Positions 1-9,423 of a stretch of 31,278 nucleotides of DNA are shown piece after piece (positions within the stretch are counted from its first letter, which is position 1; each line of letters begins with the position of its first letter). Under the pieces are notes generated by a model. The model ran no database searches. It was not told where the DNA came from and worked only from the letters and a program-made list of their open reading frames with translations. The position numbers and the translations under genes are program-made. Location of the stretch: contig NW_021832200.1 of assembly GCF_006345805.1 (NCBI RefSeq), positions 1 through 31,278 of the forward strand. The letters run 5' to 3'. This DNA is from Octopus sinensis. Its lineage: Eukaryota.

Positions 1-299
1 GCTATATTCGTTGGAAATTTCGCCAGTTTCAACGAGATTTCACAGCGTACAACATAGATACACAGATATATTTGGGTGCGTGAGTATGTATGTTGTGTGT
101 GTGTGTATATGAATGTATTTTTTTCTCCAGGGCGGTTCACTGAAGCTGATGAGATTTTGTACGCAGCCACCATCTGTTCTCCAATCGAATTAGGCAAACA
201 CGTGTCAAGCTCCCATCAACTAATAACACCCGGGAGGCTGTTTGTGTTGTTTCGAGACAAAAATAGTGACGAACGTCTTTGTACTTTTCATTCATTTAT

Positions 300-347
300 T
301 CATATACATACATACATACATACAACATAATCATACATACATTTATG

Positions 348-383
<36 letters not shown>

Positions 384-490
384 ATATATATATAATATAT
401 ATATATGCGTGTATGTATGAATATCTATATGTATGATATACATATGCACATATTTCTACGTGGACTCTATATACAGAAATATATACATAT
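300..490. repeat. (TACA)n/(TA)n compound microsatellite
   Basis: Directly visible simple repeats; explains ORFs 242..436 and 343..555. Confidence 0.95.
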
Positions 491-880
491 GTGCAGGCAT
501 GGCTGTGTGGTAAGAAGCTTGCTTCCCAAACAGTTGGTCCGGGGTTCAATCCCACTGCGTGAAACCTTGGTCAATTGTCTTCTATTATAGCCTCGGGCCC
601 ATCAAAGCCTTGTGAGTAGATTTGGTAGACGGAAAGTGAAAAGAAACCCGTCGTGTGTGTGTGTGTTTGTGTGTGTCTACGTTTGTCATCTCACCCATCA
701 TTGCTTGACAACCGGTGTTGGTGTGTTTACGTCTCTGTAACTTAGTGGCCCAGCAAAAAAGAGCGATACAATAAGTACTGGGCTTTAAAAAATAAGTCCT
801 GGAATAGATTTGTCCGACTAAAACCCTCCAAGGCGGAACTCCAGCATGGCTGCTGCCAAATGATTGAAACAAATAAAAAA
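491..880 (+). mobile_element. tRNA-derived SINE, family A (CORE-like; resembles octopus OK/OR-type SINEs)
   Basis: A-box TGGCTGTGTGG, B-box GGTTCAATCCC, CORE-like ACCTTGGTCAATTGTCTTCTA, internal (TG)n and 3' tail GATTGAAACAAATAAAAAA; homologous copies at 1291, 2305, 13432 and 14896. Confidence 0.9.
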
Positions 881-1023
881 TGGTGCTAGGAAAATACGGT
901 CCCGGAAAATTCGGTCCCTATAAATTTGGTCCCAGACAGTTTTTCAAATCGGTATCCGGTCATTTCGCCCACTATGGAGTCTTGTTAGCCCACGCATCAT
1001 TTCCAATTTTAAGAAACCCTAAT

Positions 1024-1290
1024 ATGGCTGCAAAATATTTTAAAAGTGAGGAAAAACAAAGACAAATTCATTGATGAACTTAATTATGTTTACGACTTTC
1101 ATAAATTTAGCTCCGATGCGTCAAAGAAAACGTGGCGCTGTGAGATTCGCAACACATGTCGCGTTAGTGTTCATACAAAGAATAAACCAGGTGAACCTGT
1201 AATTATTTCAACAATTAATAGTCATGATCACGAATCAGCACCGAATGCAGTGGAAGCACGATTCGCCATTTCAGCATTAAGAAAAAAGTT
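1024..1290 (+). pseudogene. MULE transposase N-terminus with FLYWCH zinc finger (frameshifted)
   Basis: MAAKYFKSE, a +1 frameshift, then KNKDKFIDELNYVYDFHKFSSDASKKTWRCEIRNTCRVSVHT...NSHDH, which fits the F/L-Y-W-C...C...HxH FLYWCH pattern. Confidence 0.8.
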
Positions 1291-1695
1291 GCGCAGGAGT
1301 GGCTGTGTGGTAAGTAGCTTGTTTACCAACCACATGGTCCCGGGTTCAGTCCCATTGCGTGGCACCTTGGGCAAGTGTCTTCTACTATTGCCTCGGGCCG
1401 ACCAAAGCCTTGTGAGTGGATTTGGTAGACGGAAACTGAAAAGAAGCCTGTCGTATATATGTATATATATATGTGCGTGTGTGTGTGTTTGTGTGTCTGT
1501 GTTTGTCCCAATGACAACCAATGCTGGTGTGTTTATGTCCCCGTTACTTAGCGGTTCGGCAAAAGAGACCGATAGAATAAGTACTGGGCTTACAAAAGAA
1601 TAAGTCCCTGGGTCGAGTTGCTCGATTAAAGGCGGTGCTCTAGCATGGCCGCAGTCAAATGACTGAAACAAGTAAAAGAGTAAAAGAGTAAAGAG
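1291..1695 (+). mobile_element. SINE family A, near-consensus copy inserted into the MULE transposase
   Basis: GCGCAGGAGTGGCTGTGTGG head, GGTTCAGTCCC B-box, GGCACCTTGGGCAAGTG CORE-like block, tail (GTAAAAGA)n; transposase homology resumes immediately after it. Confidence 0.93.
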
Positions 1696-1697
1696 AT

Positions 1698-2038
1698 GGA
1701 GTTGAAACAAGTACACGAGTTCTCATTTCAGAAACGACAAATAATATTAGTGAGAATGCGAAATATGAATCACCACCACGGCTACAAACAGTTTCTAGGA
1801 GTTTACAAACTCGTGCGATAAAGATTTTGGTGCTTCCACCGTTGCGCTTTTCATCGAACTGGATTTCAAGTGCCTGATTCGTTTAAATACTTGGAAGGCG
1901 GGGATTTGTTCCAGCGGTGCGGCACAAGCTGTAATGATGAAAAGAGGATTTTAATTTTTGCCTCTAACAAAGGTCTTCAACAACTGGAAAACATCTCATT
2001 TTTAGGAATGGTGGCACATTCAAATCATCACCAAGTGC
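1698..2038 (+). pseudogene. MULE transposase central region up to the first catalytic Asp motif
   Basis: GVETSTRVLISETTNNISENAK..., a frameshift, then RTGFQVPDSFKYLEGGDLF...DEKRILIFASNKGLQQLENISFLGM[D]GTFKSSP; RILIFA...MDGTFK is typical of animal MULE transposases. Confidence 0.8.
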
Positions 2039-2074
2039 AATAGTTTCGTAGGCTTCTTGCAGAAACCTAGTTTC

Positions 2075-2134
2075 TCCCGAGCCTGATGAGATAGGTTTCC
2101 ATAAGAAACCTACGAAACTTTAAATCGCACGGGG
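2075..2134 (+). ncRNA. Type I hammerhead ribozyme motif (minimal, Penelope/retrozyme-like), probably degenerate
   Basis: Stem I TCCCGAGC(2075-2082)/GCACGGGG(2127-2134); core CTGATGA 2083-2089; stem II G-(A)-TAGGTTTC/GAAACCTA-C; GAAA 2114-2117; stem III A-C-TTTAAA-T; putative cleavage after C2126. Confidence 0.65.
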
Positions 2135-2212
2135 CCGAATCAAACTGCTTGAAAGGATATAAGTAACTCCTACTAAATGTGTTGAGTGTCTTTCTTTCGT
2201 TTATACACTCAC

Positions 2213-2226
2213 TCGTGTATGTGTGT

Positions 2227-2266
<40 letters not shown>

Positions 2267-2281
2267 TTTGTGTGTGTGTGT
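2213..2281. repeat. (TG)n microsatellite
   Basis: Directly visible. Confidence 0.95.
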
Positions 2282-2304
2282 CACAAGATCTATTTACAGT
2301 ATTA

Positions 2305-2523
2305 TTTTACTCTTTTACTTGTTTCAGTCATTTGACTGGGGCCATGCTGCAGTACCGCCTTTAATCGATCAAATCGACCCCAGGACTTATTCCTTGTAAG
2401 CCTAGTACTTATTCTATCGGTCTCTTTTGCCGAACCGCTAGGTTACGAGGACGTAAACACACCAGCATCGATTGTCAAGTGATGCTGAGGTGACAACACA
2501 GACACCCAAACATATACACACAC

Positions 2524-2566
<43 letters not shown>

Positions 2567-2749
2567 TATATAATATATATATATACTACGGGCTTCTTTC
2601 AGTTTCCGTCTACCAAATCCACTCACAAGGCTTTGGTCGACCCGAGGATATATAGTAGAAGACACTTGCCCAAGGTGCCACGCAGTGGGACTGAACCCGG
2701 AACCATGTGGTTGATAAGCAAGCTACATACCACACAGTCACTCCTACGC
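2305..2749 (-). mobile_element. SINE family A copy, reverse orientation
   Basis: Reverse complement of 1291-1695 over the full length, with an internal TA/CA microsatellite. Confidence 0.92.
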
Positions 2750-3815
2750 AAACATTTTTTATTTTTATTTTTTTTATTGATGTCGTGAAAACTCGCAAAT
2801 ATTTTTCGAGTTTAATGCGACCCAGATTCTTAAAGGCAATATATACGTCGACAAGTTTACTTGTTTACTTGGCATGTGATGAAGAATATATGCTATCTTA
2901 CATCTTTATCAAATGGCGTGGTAACTTTGGAATTGGCAATCCCATGTGGTTACATACTCTCTCGTCAGTTTATTTTTAAAGTAAATTCGTCAGAAATATT
3001 ATTTTCTGTTTTCTCATTTCGCAAGCATGTCTCTTGGTGTTCCAGATATCAAATTAGACATTTTGTTTTTATCTGAACAACTAATCACTCTTTAGCTTTC
3101 ATCTCTTAAATCTCTTCGGACGAAATTATAATCAACTAGACATGTCTAATAAGACAAATTTATTTATTCATTTAGTGTTGTGTCAATCACCCTGAATCTG
3201 ATGGGTCAGATGCCATGGTGATGGCATCATCTTTGTATGTTACCACAGACTTCCAACATCCCAGGTAAAGTGGGATACCCTCTCACTGGGATACATTTTC
3301 AGCACTTCCTGCAGCAGTGTTTCAAGAGGTAAAATTGCTCACAATGGCGTTTGGAGAGACTATTTGAACGACCGAACATGGGATAACAAGCAGTAACCAT
3401 TTAACTGGAAGACCGAGCAGATGTAGTTGCACAATGCATCCCCTATCCAGTCCAAGACCATTATACCGAAATAAAAATCACAATCATCTGGGGCATGCCA
3501 GACCCGACTGAAAGGAAGGCCGTAGCAACTGGCCAGACATAAGTAACGAAGATCTGTACGTTGAGAGACATCTCAATCCATTTTAACCGAAACATCAATC
3601 AGAAACGAAGCCGAAAAATTGTCCAAGCGTGGAATGGGAGGAAACAGGATGCGGTGTATGGAAGTGAAATCCGTACCAAGAATAACTGGATCGAAGAGTA
3701 TGATGAAGAAGAATATGAATAAAAGCATTCAAAACCGTGCCAAGGCATTCGAAACTAATTCTTGCTCTAAGAAAACAAGTTCTCGCTGCATTTCTCAAAC
3801 CATGACTACTACGAC

Positions 3816-3916
3816 TGATGATGATGATGTTGATGATGACAATAATGATGACGACGATGATGATGACGATGACGATGATGATGACGACGACGATGATGAT
3901 GACGATGATGATGACG

Positions 3917-3948
<32 letters not shown>

Positions 3949-4490
3949 GATGACGGCGGCGATAATGAAGAGGATAGTTGTAGTGGTGGTGGTTGTAGTG
4001 GTGCCGATAAGGATGTTGTTGTTAGTGGTGGGAGGTGATGGTGGTGGTGGTGGTGGTGGTGGGAGATGATGGTGACAGTGGCGGAAGGTGAAGCTGTTGG
4101 TGGTGGGAGGGGATACTGGTGGTGGTGGGAGGTGATGGTGGTGGTGGTGGGGGAGTAATGTGATGATGTGGTGGTTGGTGGTGGTGGTGGTGGTGGTGGT
4201 AGGTAATGGTGATAGTGATAGTGGTGGTGGTGGTGGGAGATGATGGTGGCAGTGGTGGGAGGTGAAGCTGTTGGTGGTGGGAGGTGATGGTGGCAGTGGT
4301 GGGAGGTGATACTGGTGGTGGTGGGAAGTGATGGTGGTGGTGGGGGGGAGGTAATGGTGATGGTGGGGGGGAGGGGTGTAATGGATGGTGGTGGTGGTGG
4401 TGGTGGTGGTGGTAGTTGCTGCCGTTGCAGTGAGAGTGATGGTGATCTTGATGATGGTGAGGAGGAGGAGGAGGAGGAAGCGGAGGAGGG
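3816..4490. repeat. (GAT/GAC)n followed by (GGT)n-rich and (GAG)n low-complexity block
   Basis: Directly visible; source of the poly-Asp/poly-Gly pseudo-ORFs. Confidence 0.95.
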
Positions 4491-4911
4491 TATGGAGATT
4501 TATGATAATGCTAACTGTCGGTAATTGTTGACTAAAATATGAAAGTATGAAAATAGAATGCCGATGAGTTAATTAAGAAGTATTATACGACCAAATTAGT
4601 TACTTTTCTTCGTGGAACCCCTGAAGCCCTTTAAAGCCATTGTCGTTAAGTCACTGCTTCTGGAATATTAAATGAGATAAAGAAAGAATCTTCTATCCTC
4701 CATCCACCGCCCACCTGCCTACCGTGACCATCCCCGAGGTAAGTTGCTCGTAAGTTACTTCTCTACATCCCAGAATACAATTAGATATTTCGTCTTTCAA
4801 TAGCCCTGTCTACTCGGCTGTATATTGGTACCACACGATAAATTCACTGACAAATTAACGAGTGTTTCGCAAGATGGGTGACGGAGGTTCAACTCCTCTA
4901 CTTTATGAGTT

Positions 4912-5035
4912 GCTGTTGTTATTTAACCACAGGTCAGCCCTGATCAATTAGACTTACGTTCAAAGGCATTCCAACATGGCCATCGTGTCTTTTTATATTT
5001 TTACAAGTATAGCAGTACTACATTAGATCTTTTTC
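4912..5035 (+). repeat. Interspersed repeat family D fragment
   Basis: TTTAACCACAGGTCAGCCCTGATC...GCATTCCAACATGGCCATCGTGTCTTTT matches 12160-12240 (-), 12840-13000 (+) and 22960-23135 (-). Confidence 0.6.
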
Positions 5036-5069
5036 TGGAGTTCCCTAAAATACAAGCTTAGAGGGATCC

Positions 5070-5205
5070 TGGTTCAGTACTTGGATGTTACTTTATTTTA
5101 TCGTCATCGAAAACTTTCGGTAAAATTTGAACTCCGAACGTAAGGAACCGGGAAAAAAAAGAAAGATAATGTATCTGTTCCGACGTTTTGAAGATTCTAC
5201 CACCG
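5070..5205 (-). mobile_element. Degenerate SINE family B fragment
   Basis: GTAAAATTTGAACTCCGAACGTAA resembles GGAATTTGAACTCAGAACGTAA of the 17769-18002 copy. Confidence 0.5.
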
Positions 5206-5844
5206 CACCACCATCATCGCCCTTTTTAGCGTAAAAGGAAAAAATCAAATTAATTATACAACACTAGAAACCCTCTGCCTTTAAAGAAATTAAAACGAAA
5301 TGTTTGCGGCGAAAATATCTTTCATCATAGAGCTACTCGCTCACGGGCCTGCGCGGCTAAACGAACAGCAAAACAAACAACAGACGATACGTGTGATGAC
5401 AATATTCAAGATGAAAAAGCAAAAGAATTGGCACTTTTATAACGTTTTTAATTTTATTCCTTGGAAAATTTCGTGTCCTTTTTCCGAAATAAAAGCGAAA
5501 AAAAAAATGTCTAGTTTTTGTCGGTGTTTTTCGTAAAAGTTCCTTGTAGCCAAGATTCTGTATGAGGTGCATGGGAAGGCAGGTAGAGAAGCGGGAAGGG
5601 GACCACTACCCCCCCCCAAAAAAAAACATTGTCTTTGTTCCCTTGGTTTCGTGCTGTGACGTTATTTTGGGCTTGGAATGCTGTTAGCTTTTGATGTTCT
5701 TTGGTTTCAACAAAATTCAAAATCCGTTTCAAAATACCTTCAGAACCAACGAACTTCCTGATAATTACTCACTAAATTAAAATTAATTAATTAAATATGA
5801 TGATCGAGTTTTGTCATGTTTGGTGGGTGGCGGGTGTCGACTAA

Positions 5845-6273
5845 CCACTTGTTGTACCACCACCGCTACCACAACAATCACTAGCGGTACCAGTACAATT
5901 ATCAATATCACAATCACCACCACTACCAATACAACCACCACCACACCACTACCATCACATTCACTTGCGCTACCACTACTATCACCGCCACCACCACCAC
6001 CATCACCACCATCACAGTCATTACCACCACTACCATCCCCACCACCATCATCACAATCATCACCACCATCAACACCGAAACCACTATTTCTACTACAACC
6101 ATCACCACCATCACCACTACAACTGCCTGTACAATATCACTACTACTATCTCGGCCACTACTACTACCACTACTGTTACACTGTTAAAACTGCCATTTTC
6201 ATCCTCATCCTTACTATTGCCATCATTATAATCATCGTCATCGTCATCGTCATCATCATCATCATCATCATCG

Positions 6274-6305
<32 letters not shown>

Positions 6306-6570
6306 GTCATCGTCATCACATCATCATCAATCATCATCGTCATCATCGTCATCGTCATCATCATAATCATCATCATCATCGTCGTCGTCATCACATCATC
6401 GTCATCGTCATCATCATCATCGTCATCGTCATCGTCATGTCATTCATCATCATCATCGTCATCATCATCCTCATCAATCATCATCACTCGTCAATCGTCA
6501 TCATCATCATCACATCGTCATCATCATATTCATCGCATCATCATCATCATCATCAGTCATCGTCTCATCG

Positions 6571-6615
<45 letters not shown>

Positions 6616-6820
6616 GTCATCATCATCATCATCAATCATCATCGTCGTCGTAATCGTCATCGTCCATCATCATCATCTCTCATCATCATCGTCATCATCA
6701 TCATCATCGTCATCATCATCATCATCATCATCATCATCGTCATCGTCATCATCATTCATCATCATCATCATCGTCATCGTCATCATCATCATCATCATCG
6801 TCGTCATCATCATCACCATT
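5845..6820. repeat. (ACC)n-rich block followed by long (ATC/GTC)n microsatellite
   Basis: Directly visible; source of poly-His/Ser/Ile pseudo-ORFs. Confidence 0.95.
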
Positions 6821-7382
6821 GTCGTCTTCCTCCATTATCGTTAAAAATGTCGACGTCGTCATCATTGATATACCATCTCCCACTCCTTCCCGACACACTC
6901 TAGCAAAGGACACCATTAACCATTTAGCGACCTCCCCTGTTCACGTTCTGAAGGACTCAATACTGAACACTACGTGTTACTGTTGTTGCTGTTGTGCTTG
7001 TAAGCATCGCCCTCGTTGTTGTTGTTGTTGTTGTTCTTGTCCTTGTAGTCATCGACACGGTTTTTCCACATTTACAAGTAAAATTCATTTAGATTCATTT
7101 CGCCGTGCAATTATTTTTACAATTTGAAAAACAAAAAAGGTTAACCCAGCAGAGTTCATTGAAAGACAGGGGCAAACAAATAATGTTTTATTAGAAACAC
7201 CAGAACACTTCCAAATGGGTGCAATTGATTGTCCGCATCCTGCTGAGTTATACTTTTTCTTTCCAAATTTTTCAAATTGTAATGGGAATTTATGAACGCT
7301 TTGTATATACGCTGTTGATAGTCCAGTTACTGCGGTATTTGTCCTGAGATAACATCTCTCCTGATCGTATTTTGTTACAAAC

Positions 7383-7600
7383 ACAATGAATATAAAGTAT
7401 TATAGCCATCTCAATATGGCTGACCACAAGGGGGGTGGGGTGTTACTGTATCTTTTTAGCCCCAGGAGATCATCGACTCCAGCTGATCTCCTGGGGCTAA
7501 AAAGCTACAGTAACCTTTGAGGTTAGCCATATTGAGATGGCTAAAATACTTTACATTGTCGAGCGATTACTGTTTACATCTCGTTCTGAGATTTAATAAT
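7383..7600. mobile_element. Inverted-repeat element with unique tail (Penelope-like pLTR architecture), E3
   Basis: Arms ~7383-7472 and 7484-7559 are imperfect reverse complements; the tail 7560-7600 reads TAAATCTC-AGAAC-GAGAT on the minus strand, a motif shared with E1, E2 and E4. Confidence 0.6.
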
Positions 7601-8078
7601 ACAATAAATATAAATTTTTACATACGCCATCTTTTCATGCATTTGTGATGTTTCCTGGGATTATTAGATGTCAAAGATCTTTTAACACTCAGGCACCCGC
7701 AGCCAGCTGACCCAAGCGACCCAACCAATACATGGAATATAAAGGTTTACAGTAAAATCTTGTGCTATCAATGACAAAGGTGTTCACATCAGAATCACAT
7801 ACAGTTTTATTCTCCAGGGCCTTGTTATTTGACTGACACTCCCATTTACTCTTACCTTACAGACATAGGATCTTTAAAACCTTCAGCATATTAAACCAAT
7901 TACATTTTTCAAATATGAAATAATTTAATGAAATCAGATCCACACTTTCGTTGATATACGAGTATATTTAAATAAATCTCTCATACGAGTATATTCTATC
8001 AGGTTTTCAAGTTTCGTGCTAGTATATTTTATTTTTCCATTTTCAACTTCGTTACCGAGTTAATAATTTTAACTATAA

Positions 8079-8361
8079 GAAATATTGAATTTCTAAATCT
8101 CTCGTAGAGACATGTACGGTGGTGGGGCGATAGAATGGTTGTATACTGTCAATCTAATAAGAATGTGACAGTAGGGAGTACACCACCGTTGTATAGCCCT
8201 AGGAAGCATCGAGCGCCTCCTGATGCTTTGACACAAATGTATATAAGGACACAGGGAAAAATGTGTCAAAGCCATCAGGAGGCGTTCGATGCTTCCTAGG
8301 GCTATACAGCGGTGGTGTACCCCCTACTGTCACGTTCTTATCAGATTGACAGTATACAACC
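8079..8361. mobile_element. Inverted-repeat element with 57-bp tail and 14-bp TSD, E1
   Basis: Arms 8136-8235 and 8262-8362 (~100 bp), tail 8079-8135; flanking direct repeat AATTTTAACTATAA at 8065-8078 and 8362-8375. Confidence 0.8.
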
Positions 8362-8769
8362 AATTTTAACTATAAAATTCATTTAGGCATAAAGCAACAG
8401 AGCTCTCACCCTGCGAGCCATTGTTTTCCCAACCATTATAATTTCTCTACTCTGTAGAGAAATTATGTAATGCATTTCAGAGATAATAAACAACAGTTGC
8501 TGATAACCTTGGAACATTCATTATTATTGGGTTCTATCTTTAACCCAATTAATTTAATCATTTTAAACCTAGCTTCAGTTTTTATGTTTCTAATGAAACT
8601 CATATTAAACTCTATTAAATTTATGCTCCATTAAACTTTATGTTAGTGTAGTTAATTTTTCATCAGTAGCTGAGTTTTAGTTCTAATTTAACTGATTATT
8701 TAGCTACAAAGACAAGAATTTATTCTAGATTATTCGATAGCATAACTTTTATTGATTTACGAGAATATT

Positions 8770-8902
8770 TTATCTTTTACTTGTTGCAGTCATTAGGCTG
8801 CGCCATGTTGGAGTAACACCTTGTAGAATGTTTTGGTCGAATGAATCATACTTATTTTTATTAAGTACTTACTTTTTGTTAAATCTGGTATTTATTCTAT
8901 CT
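8770..8902 (-). mobile_element. SINE family A 3' fragment
   Basis: TTTTACTTGTTGCAGTCATT...GCCATGTTGGAG...TATTTATTCTATC matches the reverse complement of the family A tail. Confidence 0.7.
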
Positions 8903-8903
8903 A

Positions 8904-9125
8904 TATACATGCATATATGAGTACAGGACATCAATATACATGCATATATGGGTACAGGACATCAAAAAAACGTTGAACACAATAAGAAACGAAAACATAA
9001 AAACAAACACATAGAAACGAACTTTTTTTCAAAACAACGAAAAGAACAGAGTACAAGACATACAACACAAGGAATATTCCCCCTTCTTCAGTTGTCCCTG
9101 TTTCATCTACTCCGCGTTTCGAAAG
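8904..9125. repeat. Unclassified repeat beginning with a 31-bp tandem duplication (TATACATGCATATATGRGTACAGGACATCAA)
   Basis: Tandem copies at ~8904-8934 and ~8935-8965; a hammerhead-like motif set lies on the minus strand at 9079-9125. Confidence 0.45.
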
Positions 9126-9130
9126 TAAGT

Positions 9131-9423
9131 CTTTTCCAGCTGGCTACGGACACATGGTCTGTGTCTGTATACTGTGAGAAGAGAATAACAAACTACTTTT
9201 AAATCTCTGAGCGAGAAATAAGTTGTAACAGTACCGTACAGTAAAGTCTATGTTCCAATGCAACGTGGTAGTCCTGCCTAGGACAATGTTACTACTATTT
9301 AGTCCCAGGAAAATATTTTTTTCCAGCCGGCTACCGGCACATGATCTGTGTCTGTATACTGCGAGCAAGGGAATCTACTGCTCCCTTTCTAGCTGTAGCG
9401 ATACCTGTAGCCAATAAGAATAC
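9131..9423. mobile_element. Partial-tandem element with 187-bp period, E4, same family as E1-E3
   Basis: TTTTCCAGCYGGCTAC.G.CACATG.TCTGTGTCTGTATACTG.GAG repeated at ~9132-9185 and ~9319-9372; contains TAAATCTCTGAGCGAGA and TTTAGTCCCAGGA; ends at (TA)n. Confidence 0.6.

Larger units (their letters stand above)
881..2038 (+). mobile_element. Mutator-like (Phantom-type) DNA transposon, left end plus decayed transposase, interrupted by a SINE and truncated
   Basis: Subterminal tandem motifs GGAAAATACGGTCCC/GGAAAATTCGGTCCC/AAATTTGGTCCC at ~889-933, followed by FLYWCH and MULE coding remnants. Confidence 0.8.

Noticed and set aside
3240-3545. Possible ancient RTE-like LINE 3' remnant (LGYIF, GRPSR fragments)
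   Set aside because: Motif echoes are too short and scattered across frames to support a call.
3619-4524. Poly-Asp/Gly/Met ORFs
   Set aside because: Open only because trinucleotide microsatellites lack stops; no domain or splice support.
4611-4745. hAT-MITE-like end (CGTGGAACCCC...AAGTCACTG) and strong GAG|GTAAGT donor at 4739
   Set aside because: No partner TIR found; no acceptor or recognisable open exon upstream of the donor.
5811-6844. 280-aa and other Pro/His/Ser/Ile-rich ORFs
   Set aside because: Translations of (ACC)n/(ATC)n repeats.
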